The translations under genes were made by a program, and so were the position numbers. A stretch of 54,796 nucleotides of DNA, taken from contig PS015062.1 of NCBI GenBank assembly GCA_048213135.1, forward strand, positions 203,738-258,533. Reading direction: 5' to 3'. The DNA comes from Reclinomonas americana ATCC 50394. Taxonomy: Eukaryota. Positions 1 to 14,007 of the stretch are shown piece by piece (positions within the stretch are counted from its first letter, which is position 1; each line of letters starts with the position of its first letter). The notes under the pieces are model-generated. The model did not search any database. It worked only from the letters and a program-made list of their open reading frames with translations, and was not told where the DNA came from.

Positions 1-582
1 AGGGGATGAGGGGAAGGGGAAGTAGGAGAAGGGGAAGGGGATGAGGGGGAAGGACGGGAGAATGGGTGAGGGGAGGGTGAAGTGACGAGAAAGGAGAGGG
101 AGAAAGGGTGGAGAGAGAAAAAACAATATGGAATGGTAAAGCAAAGTAGGGCGGAGTGAAGAGAAATACGAAGAGGAGCGAAAAAGAAGATGACACAGAG
201 GAGGAAACGAAGCGAAGATGGTCAGGGCGAGGTCGCACATTGAGAAAGGTGGAGAATGAAAAACTGGGAACAGGGAGCGACCAGAGGCAAAGAGATGAAG
301 GCCAATAAGGCAGAGAAGTAAGTAACGTAAGGAGAAGAAGGGAAGGTCTGCGAGGATGTGCAGCGAGAGAGAAGGAAAAGGAAGAGAAGTGAGGATGAAA
401 AGAAGAAAAGGAGAGAGATAGAGACAGAAAGAGAACAGAAAGCGATCACGCGAAGAGATGAATGAATAACTAAGCGATGGACCAACAGGGAAAGACGGTT
501 GCAGATGCGCATGAAGGCAAGGGCGATGAACGAGCGACAGATGCGACTCGGAATATTCGAATCGATCGCACCCAACACTCAC

Positions 583-1095
583 CGGCGACGCTCCTTGGCC
601 TCGGGGGTGATCGACGTCGGCAACGCCTCACGAATCTTGTCCCTGCACAAATCACGAACAGTCAGTCACTTCACTCTCAAACAAGGCAGTTTGCAACTGA
701 CAAAACACACAAAGAACGATGCATCAGTGCACGCAGAAGAGTGAAGAGTGCATCAGTCAGGTGACAATGAACATGCGATGCGCATAAATTGACACGAGTA
801 AGCAGTGAGAGAGCAGTGTGCATGTGCGTGTGTGAGTGTGAGAGAAAGTGTGCGAGTGTGTGTTTGACACAAAGTACATGCCAAAAGATGCGATGCGCGG
901 AAAAAAGTCCTTCTTCTCTCCCTCTTCTCTCTTCTCTCTTCTCACTCACCAGGGAATGACCTCCAGCTCGCCCTGGCTGTGGCTGGGGTTACCGCGAGCA
1001 TCGTCGGCAAGGCTGGAGGCGCCGACATGGCGGCCACCAGCGCCACCGAGACCGGTGTGCGCGTGCACGTGTGAGTGGTGCGATCCAGAGGCCAT
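583..1095 (-). CDS. Flagellar calcium-binding protein (calflagin/FCaBP)-like, 5' part; gene runs off the window start
   Basis: Exons 1095-950 and 642-583 (GT-AG) splice to MASGSHH...ELEVIPWDKIREALPTSITPEAKERRR, resembling the W-x-x-IR-x-A-x-P...EAK-x-RR segment before EF-hand 1 in FCaBP. The EF-hands themselves are not in the window. Confidence 0.6.
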
Positions 1096-2113
1096 CTGCG
1101 AGAGACAGAGAGAGAGGGGAAAGTGGGAAGAGAGAGTGCGTGAGTAAGAGAGTGAGAGAGATGGAAAAGATGAGATGGTCGGACATCTTTGCAAACAAAA
1201 CACGCACACACGCATGCACGCGCACAGACACGCGCAACAGGAAGAGAGGCAGAAGACGAGGAGATGCGGTGGTGACTCTGTCTGCGCTCCAAACCTTTGT
1301 GTGTGAGGAAAAAAACGCTCGTGTCTGCAAATTTTCCCGGCAAACCGAACTTGTGGAGCGAGTCGCTCCTCACCGGTTCTCTCTGTGCGAGAAAGAGGGG
1401 AGTTGAGACGACTTGCGCGCGGTGATAGAGTGAGACAGCAATGCGCGAGACGTGGGGAGAGAGAGGGCGGACTGTGGAGAGGAGAGAGAAAGTGAAAACC
1501 GGACATTGATCAAAAAACGCATTGGAATTGATCATGAGCGCAAAACATTTGAGGCCGACCGAAGAACTATGCTGGCTGCGAGCGAGAGCTTCGATGTGGC
1601 CTGATGATGCAGCTCGAGCTCAGGGATTGGGTGCAATTTCGTGCGTAACCCAAAGTTTCCTTGCTTTGCGGCGCCGGCTTTGCTTGCAATTTCGAATTCA
1701 TGGTTTTTGGCCTTTCCCGAGACGACTGGATGTGTCATGCACTCGCAGAACACGCTATGCATCTATGCAAGTGTGTCAAATCCACTGGTCAACCGCGCTG
1801 ATGCGGTGAAGATCGCAGTTCTCGACTTGTTCGGAGCTCCGAGAGCGAACACACATACACACAAGAAACCTGCTGCTGCCTCAAGATTGGTGTCTGTGTT
1901 GATGTTTTGGATATGGTTGAACTTGGTCATCAAGACAGCTGGTGCTTGCCGCTGATCCAGGTTCGAACCAGAGGACTGATCATCGACTCGGTGATCTGCA
2001 CGAAACACCCTTCCCTTCCCCTCCCCTCCCCTCCCCACCCCTCGTCAGCCTAAAGTACTAGCGTATTCATTCATTCACCCCCTCTCTCTCCCCTCCCTTT
2101 TCCTCCTCTCTAT

Positions 2114-5100
2114 TTACACTGCAATCGCCCCTGCTCTTGACGACACACCGACCAACTCGCCCCTCGCCGCCAGATCATCCTCCGACGCCGTCAGATCGAT
2201 AGTCGTCGCATGCAGCGAATCGCCGACCACACCCTTGCCGGCGCCACTCGAGTGCACGTCGGACACCACGTGGACCGTGGGCGGCGCTTCATGCTTGCCC
2301 GCCACGCGTGGTTTCGGCGACACGGCCCACAAGATGAGCAGCACCGCCAGTTGCGAGACGGAGAACACAATGAGGCAGAATGGCATGGCGGAGAAGCTGG
2401 CGGCCTCGAAGACCAGTCCCTGTGCAGCGCGATAGTGAGCGAAGAGCAACGAGTGGTTCTTGCGACTCCACCCTCACGAACTTGCACACCATGCTCCTCA
2501 TTCCAACCCGTTTCTGTCTCCATCCTCTCCTCCACTGCCAACTTTCAATACCTTGCACACTCCCCGCTCAATTGCTGTTCTCAACCTTCGTTGCCGCACA
2601 GATAGATAATAGAACTTCACCGAGACATATACAACAATGATCTACCAGTGATCGCCAACAAGTCTCGTGTGCTCTCCTTCTACAACTAAAACTGTTTTTA
2701 GTGTGTTGTCGATGTTGAGAATAAAGCCCTATGTACCTCTCAATCCTAATCCTCTCACTCACTCTTCCGTCTCGTTCTCTCCCCCCTCATTTCCTACCTC
2801 TCACCTCCTCAGTCAGAACCTCACGTACTTCCTTCTCAGACCGTTCTCGCAATATACGTAGCCGTACCTCTCGTACAGGAAAAAACACTCAGTATCATTC
2901 TCATTGCACACTTCACACTTCTCGATCTTACTCGTCCAATGTCATCCGCATTCACAACCCTCGCTGTCACTTCACCTCTTCCCTTCTTCCTCCCTTCCCC
3001 TTCCGCCCCCTTATTCTCATTGCACACTTCACACTGCTTGATCTTACTCGTTCTCAAGTCCAATGTGATCCGCATTACTGTCACTTCCCCTCTTCCCTCC
3101 CTTCCCCTTCCGTCCCCTTCCCTCACTCACCATCGCCCCCGGCAACGTCATCTCCCCCAGCGCCACTCCCGCCACCAACCACATCGTGTCCTTGGCCGTC
3201 AAATTCAACCCCAGCCAACTCGGATACGACACGCAGGCGGCAAACACGGCGCCCATGGCGATGCCGAACGCCATGGTGAGGATCCACAGCGCCACATTGG
3301 AGAACGAGAAAATCGCCATCAGCACGGTGGTGAGCAGGCAGCCGGCCATGTCAAACACCATCATCCACGGCGGCGAGAAGCGCGCCGACAGCGGAATGGC
3401 CAGGCAGCGGCCGACGGCAATGGCCAGCCAAAAGGCGGCATTCAGGTACGCGCCCGTGTCCACCGTCACCAGATTCTCGGCCAGGCCGTACGAGTAGATC
3501 CACGATCCGAAGCCGACCTCCAGGCCGCAGTAGAAGAAGAGCAGCAGGGTGAGGAGGAGCACCATGCGTTTGGGCACCACGGGGGCGTCGTCGCGTTTGA
3601 AGAGGCGGAAGGAGGCGACCTTATGAGGGGGAAAAGGGGGAAGGGGGTGGAGGGGGAAGGGATGAGGGGAGGTGGAGGGCGGATGCATTGCTGAAGCCAG
3701 TGCTCTTTCCGTATGTCACGACTACAACGCGTTGCAGCTCAAGCACGGCGATATCAGCATTAAGTAATGCTGACGGATTATGATCGTCCTCATCGGGTGT
3801 GCACCGTGACAACTCTCTCCCTCGTCTTATATACAGTGACAGTTCTATCCTCCTGTCTTGCGTACACAGACACTGCCCTCTTCTCCCGTATTGTGTGCAC
3901 ACTCAGATCCCTATCCTCTTGTATGCACTTTCAGAACTCTTTCTCCCCGCCATATGTGCCCTCTCTTACCCTCTCCTCACTTGACCACTCACCTTCTGTG
4001 GACTCTCCACCTCCCCCGCACCTCCTGCTCCAGCTGCCGTCGCTGTTGCCGTCGTCGCCTGCCCATTCGCCCCCACCGTAGCGATCGGGGCCGCCACCGG
4101 TGCCGGCGTCGGGTCGATCACGCCCAGCTCCACCGTCACCAGCGCATCGTCGTCGTCCTCGGCCAGCGCCTCCTTTTTCGTGCCGCCACCTGCGCGTGCC
4201 TTGATGGCCTCGAACTCGGCCTCCGACAGCGACGAGTTTGCCACGGCGGTGCTGGCCAGCGACTGCCGCACGGCGCTCTCCTCGTTGCCCGGCAACACCG
4301 GGCTCGGCATCAGCAGGCAAAAGATGGCCACCGGTATGCAAAAGATGGCGAATAGCCAGTACGTCCAGAAGACGCCACCGTCCCATTGCAGCACGCGGTT
4401 GGTGATGATGGGGGTGAGCACGGCGCCGAGGGCGAACACAAAGTGCAGGAGTTGAACGAAGGGGCCGACTTTGTCCATGTAGATCCAGGAGACCTGTTGG
4501 GAGGGAAGGGAGAGGGAGGGCGTGAGGGAGAAGAGGGATACGACTCACTACTTCAGCAACCCTTCTTAAACGCATCACAGTGCTTTCAACTAAATAGGGC
4601 GTCTTCATCTTCCTGCTGGTTCTAAGTTGCCAATCTGTTGCTGGAAGCAACAAAACACTTCATTCACCACATTCCAATAATGCGACAAATGCATATGTCC
4701 ACAAATCCCTTGCCGTATTATGCTATTCTGTGTCCACATCTTCTTGGTTTCGTTTTTTGTTCATCTCGCTCTCCTCTCTTGCTCTCCTTCTGCATTTTCT
4801 TTCTCAGCCATCGTCGACCGGGCTTCCTCTACCACTTCTCATCCTCGCTCTCTGTTGCTGCCCGTCATCTTGCTTTTTCTTGATTCTCTCTTGCCACCCT
4901 CCCCTTTTCCACCACCGCCACCTCGTCCGCTTCCTTGTTCTCGGTCTTACTCGTCCACTTCTGCGACTTCTACTCATTCATCTTGCCCTTCTTCCCTTTG
5001 TTCACGTTCTCCTTACCCTTCATCTTCCGCGATTCTTCTTACTTCTTCGTCTCCCTCAACCCCTTCCCTCTTCTTCTCTTCTTTCTTTCCTCTCCTTTCC

Positions 5101-6405
5101 CTCCTCATTCTCCCTAATATCCCTTTCTACCTCCCTCCATATTTGCTCTGAGTGTTGTTCTCTTTATCCTTCACCGCTCCCCTACAACTTCATCTTCTCC
5201 TTTTCTTTTGTCCTTCGACCCTTTTCTCCCCGATCACTTCCTGTTCTCTTTCTCCTTACCCTCATCTCCTGCGTCACTATTTCTTCCCTTTCTCCGCTTT
5301 CTCCCCTCCATTCACTTCTCCTTCTTCGTCTTCTCCTTCTCTCTCTTTCTCCTTCTCGTCCACTCACCATGCTATTCACTCCCACATCCACATTGGCACC
5401 GCCGACGCCGACAAAGAAGAAAATCGCGCCCCACGCAATCTTATTGATGGAGACCATGGCCGGCACGAGCGCATGCACCAGCGACAGCAGCAGCAGCGCG
5501 CCACACAGCAGCCAGTGACCGCGTCCTTGCGTCTTCTTGTGGTCGTACATGAAGCCCCAGAGGAACGAGGCCGATGTCCAGCCGGCGCCGCGGAAGAAGA
5601 AGACAAAGTTGAGCTGTTCGGGTTCCAACTCGAAGAGTGTGGCGAACTCGGGAATGGTGGGGCCGAGCTGCGGAGAGACGTGAGGGGGAGATCGGGAAAG
5701 GGAGGATTGGGGGATCGGGAAAGGGAGAGTCACAGGTGTTGTAGAAACAGGAGAGCGGAGATGGAACAGAGACTCGTGAGCCGAGTGGAATGACAAGTGA
5801 CTGAGAAAGGAGGAGTGCAGGAGGATTGCAGGAGAGTCGTGTTCAGAATATACAGGTCGTGATTGCTGGAGAGAAGCACAGCCAGAGGGAGAGTCAAGCG
5901 CCGGATGGAAAGGCGCAGTGCTTTGTGACTGAGAACGGGGGACTTGCAGGAGGAATGGAAAGAGAGTGACTGAAGAAGGCTCGTGTTTGATGTGGTGGCG
6001 ACGAGGATCATGTGCCGAGTGCAGTAAAGGGGAGAGTTATGAAGATACTGTCAGAGGAATGCGTGGACAAGGTGCAAGAGAGCGGAGAAAGCACTGCCAA
6101 AGGGGGAGAAGAGCGCAAATGAGTGACTGGGAAGAGAGAGAAGAGTGCAGGAGAATGGAGAAGGCACCAAGAAGGTTCAAAAGGGCAGAGAAAGGGAGAG
6201 AAGAGCGCAGTAGAGTGACTATGACAGGCAGACTCGTGTTTCCAGTGGAATGAGGAGGTGCAGGAGGGTGGAGAAGGCATGGAAGGAGGAGGATAAGATA
6301 TCTTAAGGGAGATCTTTGCGTGTCTCCCTTGTCATGTCTCAATGCACGAATGTGTCTCATGTCTCAGAGAACAAGCGCATGCAGTGAGTGAGCAAGGCTA
6401 CTCCT

Positions 6406-6471
<66 letters not shown>

Positions 6472-6954
6472 CTACGTACNNNNNNNNNNNNNNNNNNNNN
6501 NNNNNNNNNNNNNNNNNNNNNNNNNNNNNNNNNNNNNNNNNNNNNNNNNNNNNNNNNNNNNNNNNNNNNNNNNNNNNNNNNNNNNNNNNNNNNNNNNNNN
6601 NNNNNNNNNNNNNNNNNNNNNNNNNNNNNNNNNNNNNNNNNNNNNNNNNNNNNNNNNNNNNNNNNNNNNNNNNNNNNNNNNNNNNNNNNNNNNNNNNNNN
6701 NNNNNNNNNNNNNNNNNNNNNNNNNNNNNNNNNNNNNNNNNNNNNNNNNNNNNNNNNNNNNNNNNNNNNNNNNNNNNNNNNNNNNNNNNNNNNNNNNNNN
6801 NNNNNNNNNNNNNNNNNNNNNNNNNNNNNNNNNNNNNNNNNNNNNNNNNNNNNNNNTACGTACCGACCGTTACGGTCCGGTACCGTACGTACGACGAACG
6901 AACGAACGACGACGACTACGTACGTACGTACGAGTAGACGACGACGACTACCTC

Positions 6955-7008
<54 letters not shown>

Positions 7009-7106
7009 GTTGCCTCCATCTTAAAGGGAGATCTTTGTGTCATGTCTCAATGCACGAATGTCTCGCATGCAGTGAGTGAGTAAGGCTCTTTCTGCTCTCT
7101 CTCTCA

Positions 7107-7137
<31 letters not shown>

Positions 7138-7462
7138 TCTCCCTTGTCTCTCATTTCCGAACAACGCAACAATGGAGACCACCATGCCAAGCAGAGTCTG
7201 CGCACACACACAAACACACACACACCAGTGAGCACAATAAACACACACACAAAGAGAGAAAAGAAAGACACACACAAATGAAAAAGGGAGATCCTCATGC
7301 AATGCATCAGTCGACACAATGCGCGCGCGCGTGTGTTTGTGTGTGTGAGTGCAGCAGTGACGCAACATATGCAGTGCAGTACAAGACGACCTTGCCCCAC
7401 GCGCGTTGCCTAATGTTCAACAGGCCATTCCACATGCGCACACATGATCGAGGAACTGCCAT
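2114..7462 (-). CDS. Major facilitator superfamily transporter (MFSD4-like)
   Basis: Exons about 7462-7367, 7197-7171, 5668-5369, 4493-3993, 3619-3131 and 2419-2114. Spliced product reads VLYCTAY|TLLGMVVSI|LGPTIPEFA..., VGPFVQLLHFVFALGAVLTP, FFYCGLEVGFGSWIYSY, YLNAAFW, with many TM segments. Start codon uncertain (7462 or 7435). Confidence 0.85.
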
Positions 7463-7826
7463 GAGACACACACACTCTTTCACACAAGTGCGTGTGATGC
7501 TCTTGTCTCTCCCGCTCTTTCACTGCCTTGTGTGTGTGTCTCTTTTGCAGTGAGTGAGACACGTCAATGTTTGTCCGCTGTGCAAGTCGATTTTGAGAGA
7601 GCATTTTGAGCGCCTTTTTGTGTCTCGTTCACCTTCACTGCGAGTTTAGGTGTGCCTGCTGATGCAACTGAGTGTCAGGATTGGTTTGTGCGGGAGACCA
7701 CCTGATGCTAAAGCGCTGGCGTTGGCCATATGCAAATTATTTTGTGGACATTTTTCGCTTATTGCAGTTTAAGTGAATGAAAGTGTTGTTTTGTGAGCCA
7801 TGTGCATTGGCGATCGAACATAAACA

Positions 7827-9952
7827 TTAAAAAGGAATGAGCTCCTCCGATGCGCCGGCAATGAACGGGTGCTCCAGCAGCTCTGCTGCCGTCGCGCGCT
7901 GCTGCGGCAACTTGGTCAAGCAGCGGGCCAAGAAGTCGCGAAACTCAGGTGTCCAGCGACTGGCATGCTTAAACGTAGGCGGCGGCTGTGTCTCAATGAC
8001 GAAGAGTGCCTACGCAAGTGGGAAAGGCGATTGAGAATGAGGTGGAAGAACACAGACGCACCTAACTCAAGCATAAGCTACATGTATACATGTATGAGAA
8101 ATTTAGAGGGATGAAGACTAGCGAGAAGAAAGAATCAGGAGAAGGCGAGGAACTGCAGCAGTAGTGACAACACCAAATTATCACAGCACACAGTCTCACA
8201 GTTCACGCAGCTCTCTGCGGCGGCAAGTCCACCAGCGGCGGTTCTCCCTCAGCCATCTCCAACGCCACAATGCCCATGCTCCAAATGTCGACTTTTGTGT
8301 CGTAGTCGATGCCACGAATCACCTCCGGCGCCATCCAGTACGGTGTGCCGACCACTGAACGGCGCTTCCGAGCGCCTTCCGTGAGCTCCACGCAGCACCC
8401 AAAATCGGCTGCGAGATACAAGAAGGAAAACACACGAGACTTGTTGGCGATCACTAGTAGATGCTCATTGTTGCGTATAACCAGTAAAAGGTTCTACTAT
8501 TAGGACGGTGGTGAACACACGAACAGCAGAACACGGCAAATGCAAAGCATGTTCACACATGAAGACAGAGAGAGAGAGAGAAAGGGGGTGGAGAGATTTA
8601 AAGTAAGAGCGCAACTACGAAGATCTGTGTATTACAGGAGACAGCTCGATGTGCAGCAAGGCAAAGACCAAACAAACTCACTCTTCCTGTCGCACACGCA
8701 CACAAGAGGAGTCAAGGAAGGTCTGAGGTAGTTACAAGTAAGTCTACATGTACAAGCATCACAAATCCAGCTCACCAAGTTTGATCTCTCCTCTGGCGCC
8801 GAGCAGCACATTGTCACCCTTGATATCACGGTGTACCACTTGCGCTTCGTGTAGGTAACTCAGTCCGCGCAAACAATGCATCAACACAGTGGCAATCTCC
8901 GCCTCGGTGAACCGCCGCGGAAGCAGCGCGTCGGTCAGCTTGCCGCCTTGCATTAACTCCATCACCAGCTGCGAGAACATGGTAGTTTAGCCACAAGAAA
9001 CAACGAGGCAAGGTGTGGGCGGCGCATATACGAACCCACAAGTCCGAGCGCTTCGAGTACGTGCCAAAGTACTTTACAATGTTCGGGTGCACGCACGATT
9101 GCAGAATGGCAATCTCGGTCTCCAGCGACTCCAGCCTGGTGTCGACACGAATCTGAATGATCTTGATGGCCACCAATGTACCGTCACGGCTGTCGACGCC
9201 GCGATACACGGCACCGCTCAAGCCCTCGTCCAGCTTCACCAAGTCGGTAAAGATGCGATCAGGCTCCTCGGGAGAAAGCAGGTCGCCTGCACAGTGGGAC
9301 GCGCAAGCAAGGGAAAGTGAGCAAACGAGACTGCACTCAAATGCAGTCATGATCAGTCAGAGGTATTAGTTGAGGCAGAACAAGAACGGCGACAAAAGAA
9401 ATTTCGTGGCAGGTGTGAGAAATGCGAGAAACTGTGGAATATCAAATACCAAATAGAGAACATGACAGGTACGTATACTGCACGTCGAACAACAGAACAC
9501 ACGAGAACGAGGGGAGCAATCGGTAATACACACAAAGAGAGACAGACACAGCACGGCATACGGAGAGAAAGAAGACAGAGAGTACAATCCAAGTTATGTT
9601 ACGTCCATGTGCAACGTCAACACGGCGCTCAAGAAGACGATCGCCGCCTTCAGCTCGCTCTCTCCTTCTCACATACTGTCTTCATCTCTCTGTCTCTTTC
9701 CCCCTCGATCTACGAACCGAGTTTCTTGTTACCACGAGATGGCCTCAGCAAGGCCTTCGGGCACTTGCCCATCATGTCCAAGGTGTCGAGAGTGGCCTGC
9801 GGATACTCGCGCACTTCATCCTTGCGAATACCACTCGTCTCCAGCATTAACTGCCGCTCCTCAGGCAGACCGATAGAGTTGCCGAAAGCTTGCTCGAACG
9901 ACACGTGCTCCGGGTGCTTGAGCACACAAAAACACGCATCATTATCGCACAC
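7827..9952 (-). CDS. PAK/STE20-family Ser/Thr kinase with N-terminal PBD/CRIB-like segment
   Basis: [31 protein letters not shown] (PBD-like); kinase motifs [42 protein letters not shown]; last exon 8009-7827 [11 protein letters not shown]...LLEHPFI. 5' end unresolved. Confidence 0.9.
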
Positions 9953-10400
9953 ACGTGCACAAAAAATTGATATCCACAGCCCACACAGTCGTCGTTCAAC
10001 GTCTCTCTCTCTCTCTCACGCACTCTCGCACACACGCACCCACGTCCTCGCCCCACATCCATGCTTTCACATGCACCCACCCGGGCCCGCCCCACAAACC
10101 CCACCCACAATCCACATCCAGAACCATACCAACAAGACTTCTCACTCACTCACTCAACTCTCCCTCTCTCTCACACGCATATGCATCTACATCTACACAC
10201 ATACATACACGCAAACAAAACAGACCCCAAACATGCATACACAAAAACGCGCACAAACACTTATCATCTCACACACATAAAAATATCAACAACATCCATA
10301 ACCCACACATTCGTCTTTAAACCTGCAGCAGGCAGAACACTCACCCACTGCAACATGGTGAGATTACTGCCGGTGGTCAATCAAGAAGAGCAACACTGCA

Positions 10401-13172
10401 TTACGCGACTTCAGTGCGATGTACACAAGACTGACCGGGCACTGCTGGTTTCCCGCAACGCTTGCACAACTGCAAACAATTGAAATCAATTTCCTGTCAT
10501 ATTCCGCACCCTATCTCTAATGCACACAACCTTGGTTTTCTGTTGCCTTCTCTGCTCTTGAGCAGCAGCTTCATCCCGTTGAATTCGCAGTCGCTCAGCC
10601 TCTGCCCTAGCAGCCTCCTGACTGTACAACTCTTGCGCTCTTCGTTCTTCTTCAGCACGAGCAGCTTCTGCAGCAATCTTACGAGCATTTGCCTCGTCTT
10701 GCTTCCGCCGCCGTCCATCAACCTCAACCGCAAATGCTGCTGCTTGTTGCGCCCGTCGCAGCTCCTCAACCTCCTTCTCCAAACTCAGTCGCTCAGCTTC
10801 AGCCGCCTCGAGTGCCTGCTGGCGACGGATTCTCTCTTCGTCGAGTCGCCGACCAGCCGCCACTTCCTCAAGCAGTCGCCGATTCTCAGCTTCCTGTTGC
10901 TCCAGCCGGAGACGCAACGCAGCAGTCTCATCATTGGCTGCCTTTGGCGAAGCTGCGAAGCTGGAGATCTGCAGTTCGTCAGTCAGTCCGTGATCGCGAG
11001 TCAATCAAACCAACTCGGACGACACCATTTCAGCCACGATGCGCTCCAGTTCCTCAGCCACCTCTCCCATCTCTGGTCTTTCCTCTGGCTTCTGCGACCA
11101 GCAACGCTGAATCAATTCTGCAAGCGGTCTGTCGATGACGAAGATCAGCGAGTACGTTGTAAAGCTGCCACTTCGCAGGACACGTACCTTGGTACCGCAT
11201 CTGGAATCTCATCGCGTTCGCCGCCTCTCACTGCAAGTCGAACTTCGCTGTCATCAGCCACGGTCGGGTATGGTATCTGAGGTCACCATGTGAATTCACG
11301 ACTGTTCGCCTCTCTCCCTTGTGAAGATCTGAATACGATAACGAACATCGCGTGTCACACACTCCAGCAACACCAACGCCAATCCGAACACATCGCTCTT
11401 GTTGCTATAGCAAGGGCGCAGTCCGAAAACCTCTGGTGCCATGTAACGAATTGACCCGCCACCGCTGGTGGAAGATGCTGCACTTGCGGGTGTTTTTGAT
11501 CTAGTTTCCGTCTTAACGATTGCAAGTCCCAAGTCTGACACCCTGCAGCACGCACAAAGTAAAGCATCTTCACAGCATCATCAAACACGACCAAGAGTAG
11601 TGAACTCACTTGGCACCCTCCGCCAGTGAAACTAAAATATTGGCCGGCTTGACATCGCGATGGATGATGTTGTGACGATGCAGATGTGCCAGACCGCGCG
11701 CCCCCTGCATCACCCACAACAGCAGCTGGTGCAGTGGACGAGTGGAGTTTCCTGAGCGGCGAATGATGGCAGCCAGATCCTGTCATTGAAAGCAGGATTT
11801 ACAGCAACAATCAAACCACCGTGCTGACGAACGCGACTGACCCCCTCATCAGCATACTCAAGGACCAGAGAAATTTGCTGGCCTACTCGACAAACACCGA
11901 AGCACATCAATACATGCGGATGTGCGATCTGCCGCAGAAGGCGACCCTCATCCTCCATTTCTCTGCTTCACACAATATTGACACTGAGCAACACACAACT
12001 TCAACAGCGGACGCACTCAGCACACAGACACACCGCAGCGCTCGCTCACTCGGTGCGACAAGGAGAAGCTCCTTGATGGCAATTTGCTTGCCTTCCCAGG
12101 ACCCCAGATAAATGATTCCGAATCCACCACGGCCCAACTCGCGGTAACGTTTCAGCGATGTGTGCGGAATGTGTGCAAATTGAAAAACAGAGTCGCCTGA
12201 TTCAAGAGCACACGACGTAAGCACAGAGAGAACATCAGCTGCCAACAGCAAATTTCGAATATGTAACTCGGATTGAGAGCGCGAAGTGTGCTTTCGGCGG
12301 CAGCGGCCAACTCAACTACTCCTCGTTCATCGGCGACTTCCACCTTTGAAACCAATGATGCCAGTGACGCCGTTTGCTCATCGCTGAGAGTGATGCGAGG
12401 TTGCTCCAAGACCTGCAGAATCCGTTGCATCATGAGATCCTGTTGGCCAAGCCGATGTTCAATCGCTCCTCGAAAACTCAGCACGAGAGCTGTGTAGTAT
12501 GGCAGGTAATCAGAATGTTCATCTGCAAATGCGTCATAACCATGCAGACTGACCCGCAGCATCGGCGGCTTCCCGTCGCAGGCGAGCCTCAAGATCTACG
12601 ACATTGAAAGTGGCGACAGGTGCTACTCTCCATATGAGTGAAGCGGTGGACGCCAATATGACAAGCAAACACACCAGATGTGCAGCGAAGGAGGGCCAAA
12701 TCCACTTGCGTGTGATCATAGTCGGTCGAGATGCGGTTGGCCTGAAGGACACGGAGGTTGTCGATTAGCGCAGTCATGCCGGCACGCAAGTCAGCAACGG
12801 GAAGGCTCATTGTTGGCAGGTGGACTATGAGATTGCGTCCTTGCTCGCGGATGAAGCGCACGGCGAAAACCTTGAGAGATCATCAAGGTGAGAGCGGAAG
12901 GGAAGAGGAAACAAACAGTCGCACACCCAACTACGCACCACGACATCAGTAGCCAAGGGAATACCATTGAAGCAGCCGTGCTCCAACATTGCACAGCAAG
13001 TGGTACTGTCCCACGTGCTGCATCGGTGCCCATTTGGGTCGGTCACGTAGGCTTCAAGATCGAGACGCTTGCGAGGGTCCAGACGAGGGCACTTGCCACT
13101 CGCGTTCAGATGGCTATGTTGGCGGGGAGAAATAAGCGCTTACTACACGAATTGGTCGTCGGCAAAGGACAT
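10401..13172 (-). CDS. Tyrosine-kinase-like (TKL) kinase with helical N-terminal region and C-terminal coiled coil
   Basis: Multi-exon; motifs LGRGGFGIIYLG, IAIKELL, IIHRDVKPANIL, KVSDLGLA, GSIRYMAPE, KSDVFG, LIQRCWSQKPEERP, then an E/R/Q/A-rich coiled coil (10530-10970). Start (MSFADDQFVY at 13172) and 3' end inferred. Confidence 0.82.
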
Positions 13173-13529
13173 GCGGGCATTTCTCGTATCGTAATACGGT
13201 GGCAGACATGTTTCTTCATCGAAGACTCCTCGTTTCGACAAAACTGGGCGTGCCACACACAACAAACGAAACCGCAAGACTTTCTGTTTGTCTCCACTGT
13301 CGTCTATTGTATTCCAGAATCAAGGTCCCTCATAACTTTCTCAACAGCAACTGACTCCCGTTGCACTGAGAAGCAGAGGTCAAGAAGTAAAACAGAGACA
13401 ATCTTCTCTATCCGTCTCTCGAAGGCCTCTTTCTCCCCGTTTGCATATGTTCTTCACCTTCCCTCTTCATACCTGTTCGCGTTCTCTCTATTCATCGATC
13501 ACCTTCCCAGCCTGACCCTCCCCGTTCCT

Positions 13530-13647
<118 letters not shown>

Positions 13648-13908
13648 ACTCTCTCTCTCTCTACTACTNNNNNNNNNNNNNNNNNNNNNNNNNNNNNNNN
13701 NNNNNNNNNNNNNNNNNNNNNNNNNNNNNNNNNNNNNNNNNNNNNNNNNNNNNNNNNNNNNNNNNNNNNNNNNNNNNNNNNNNNNNNNNNNNNNNNNNNN
13801 NTCCGTCTATATTCGTTCTCTTCCTCCTTCCTCTACTCTTCGTCGTCGTCTCTCTTCTATCTATCTACCTCCTACCCCTCGCCTCCCGTCCCTCCCCCCT
13901 CCCCCTCC

Positions 13909-13944
<36 letters not shown>

Positions 13945-14007
13945 CCACACTCTCACCCTCCCTCCCCCCACCTGCACACACGTCATTCACCCTTTCCTCT
14001 ACTCACC

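Noticed and set aside
4700-5360. Long Ser/Leu/Phe/Pro or Arg/Glu ORFs here and across microsatellites and N-runs
   Set aside because: Translations of low-complexity introns and gaps.
6857-6955. TACG/ACG-rich quasi-repeat beside a gap (also about 6473, 19515, 21517)
   Set aside because: It follows the T-A-C-G pyrosequencing flow order and mostly sits at contig ends next to microsatellites; probably base-calling noise.
10323-10356. Possible GG-donor 23-nt intron giving MLQW|FKDE
   Set aside because: No homology constrains the frame, so there is no support for a non-canonical site.
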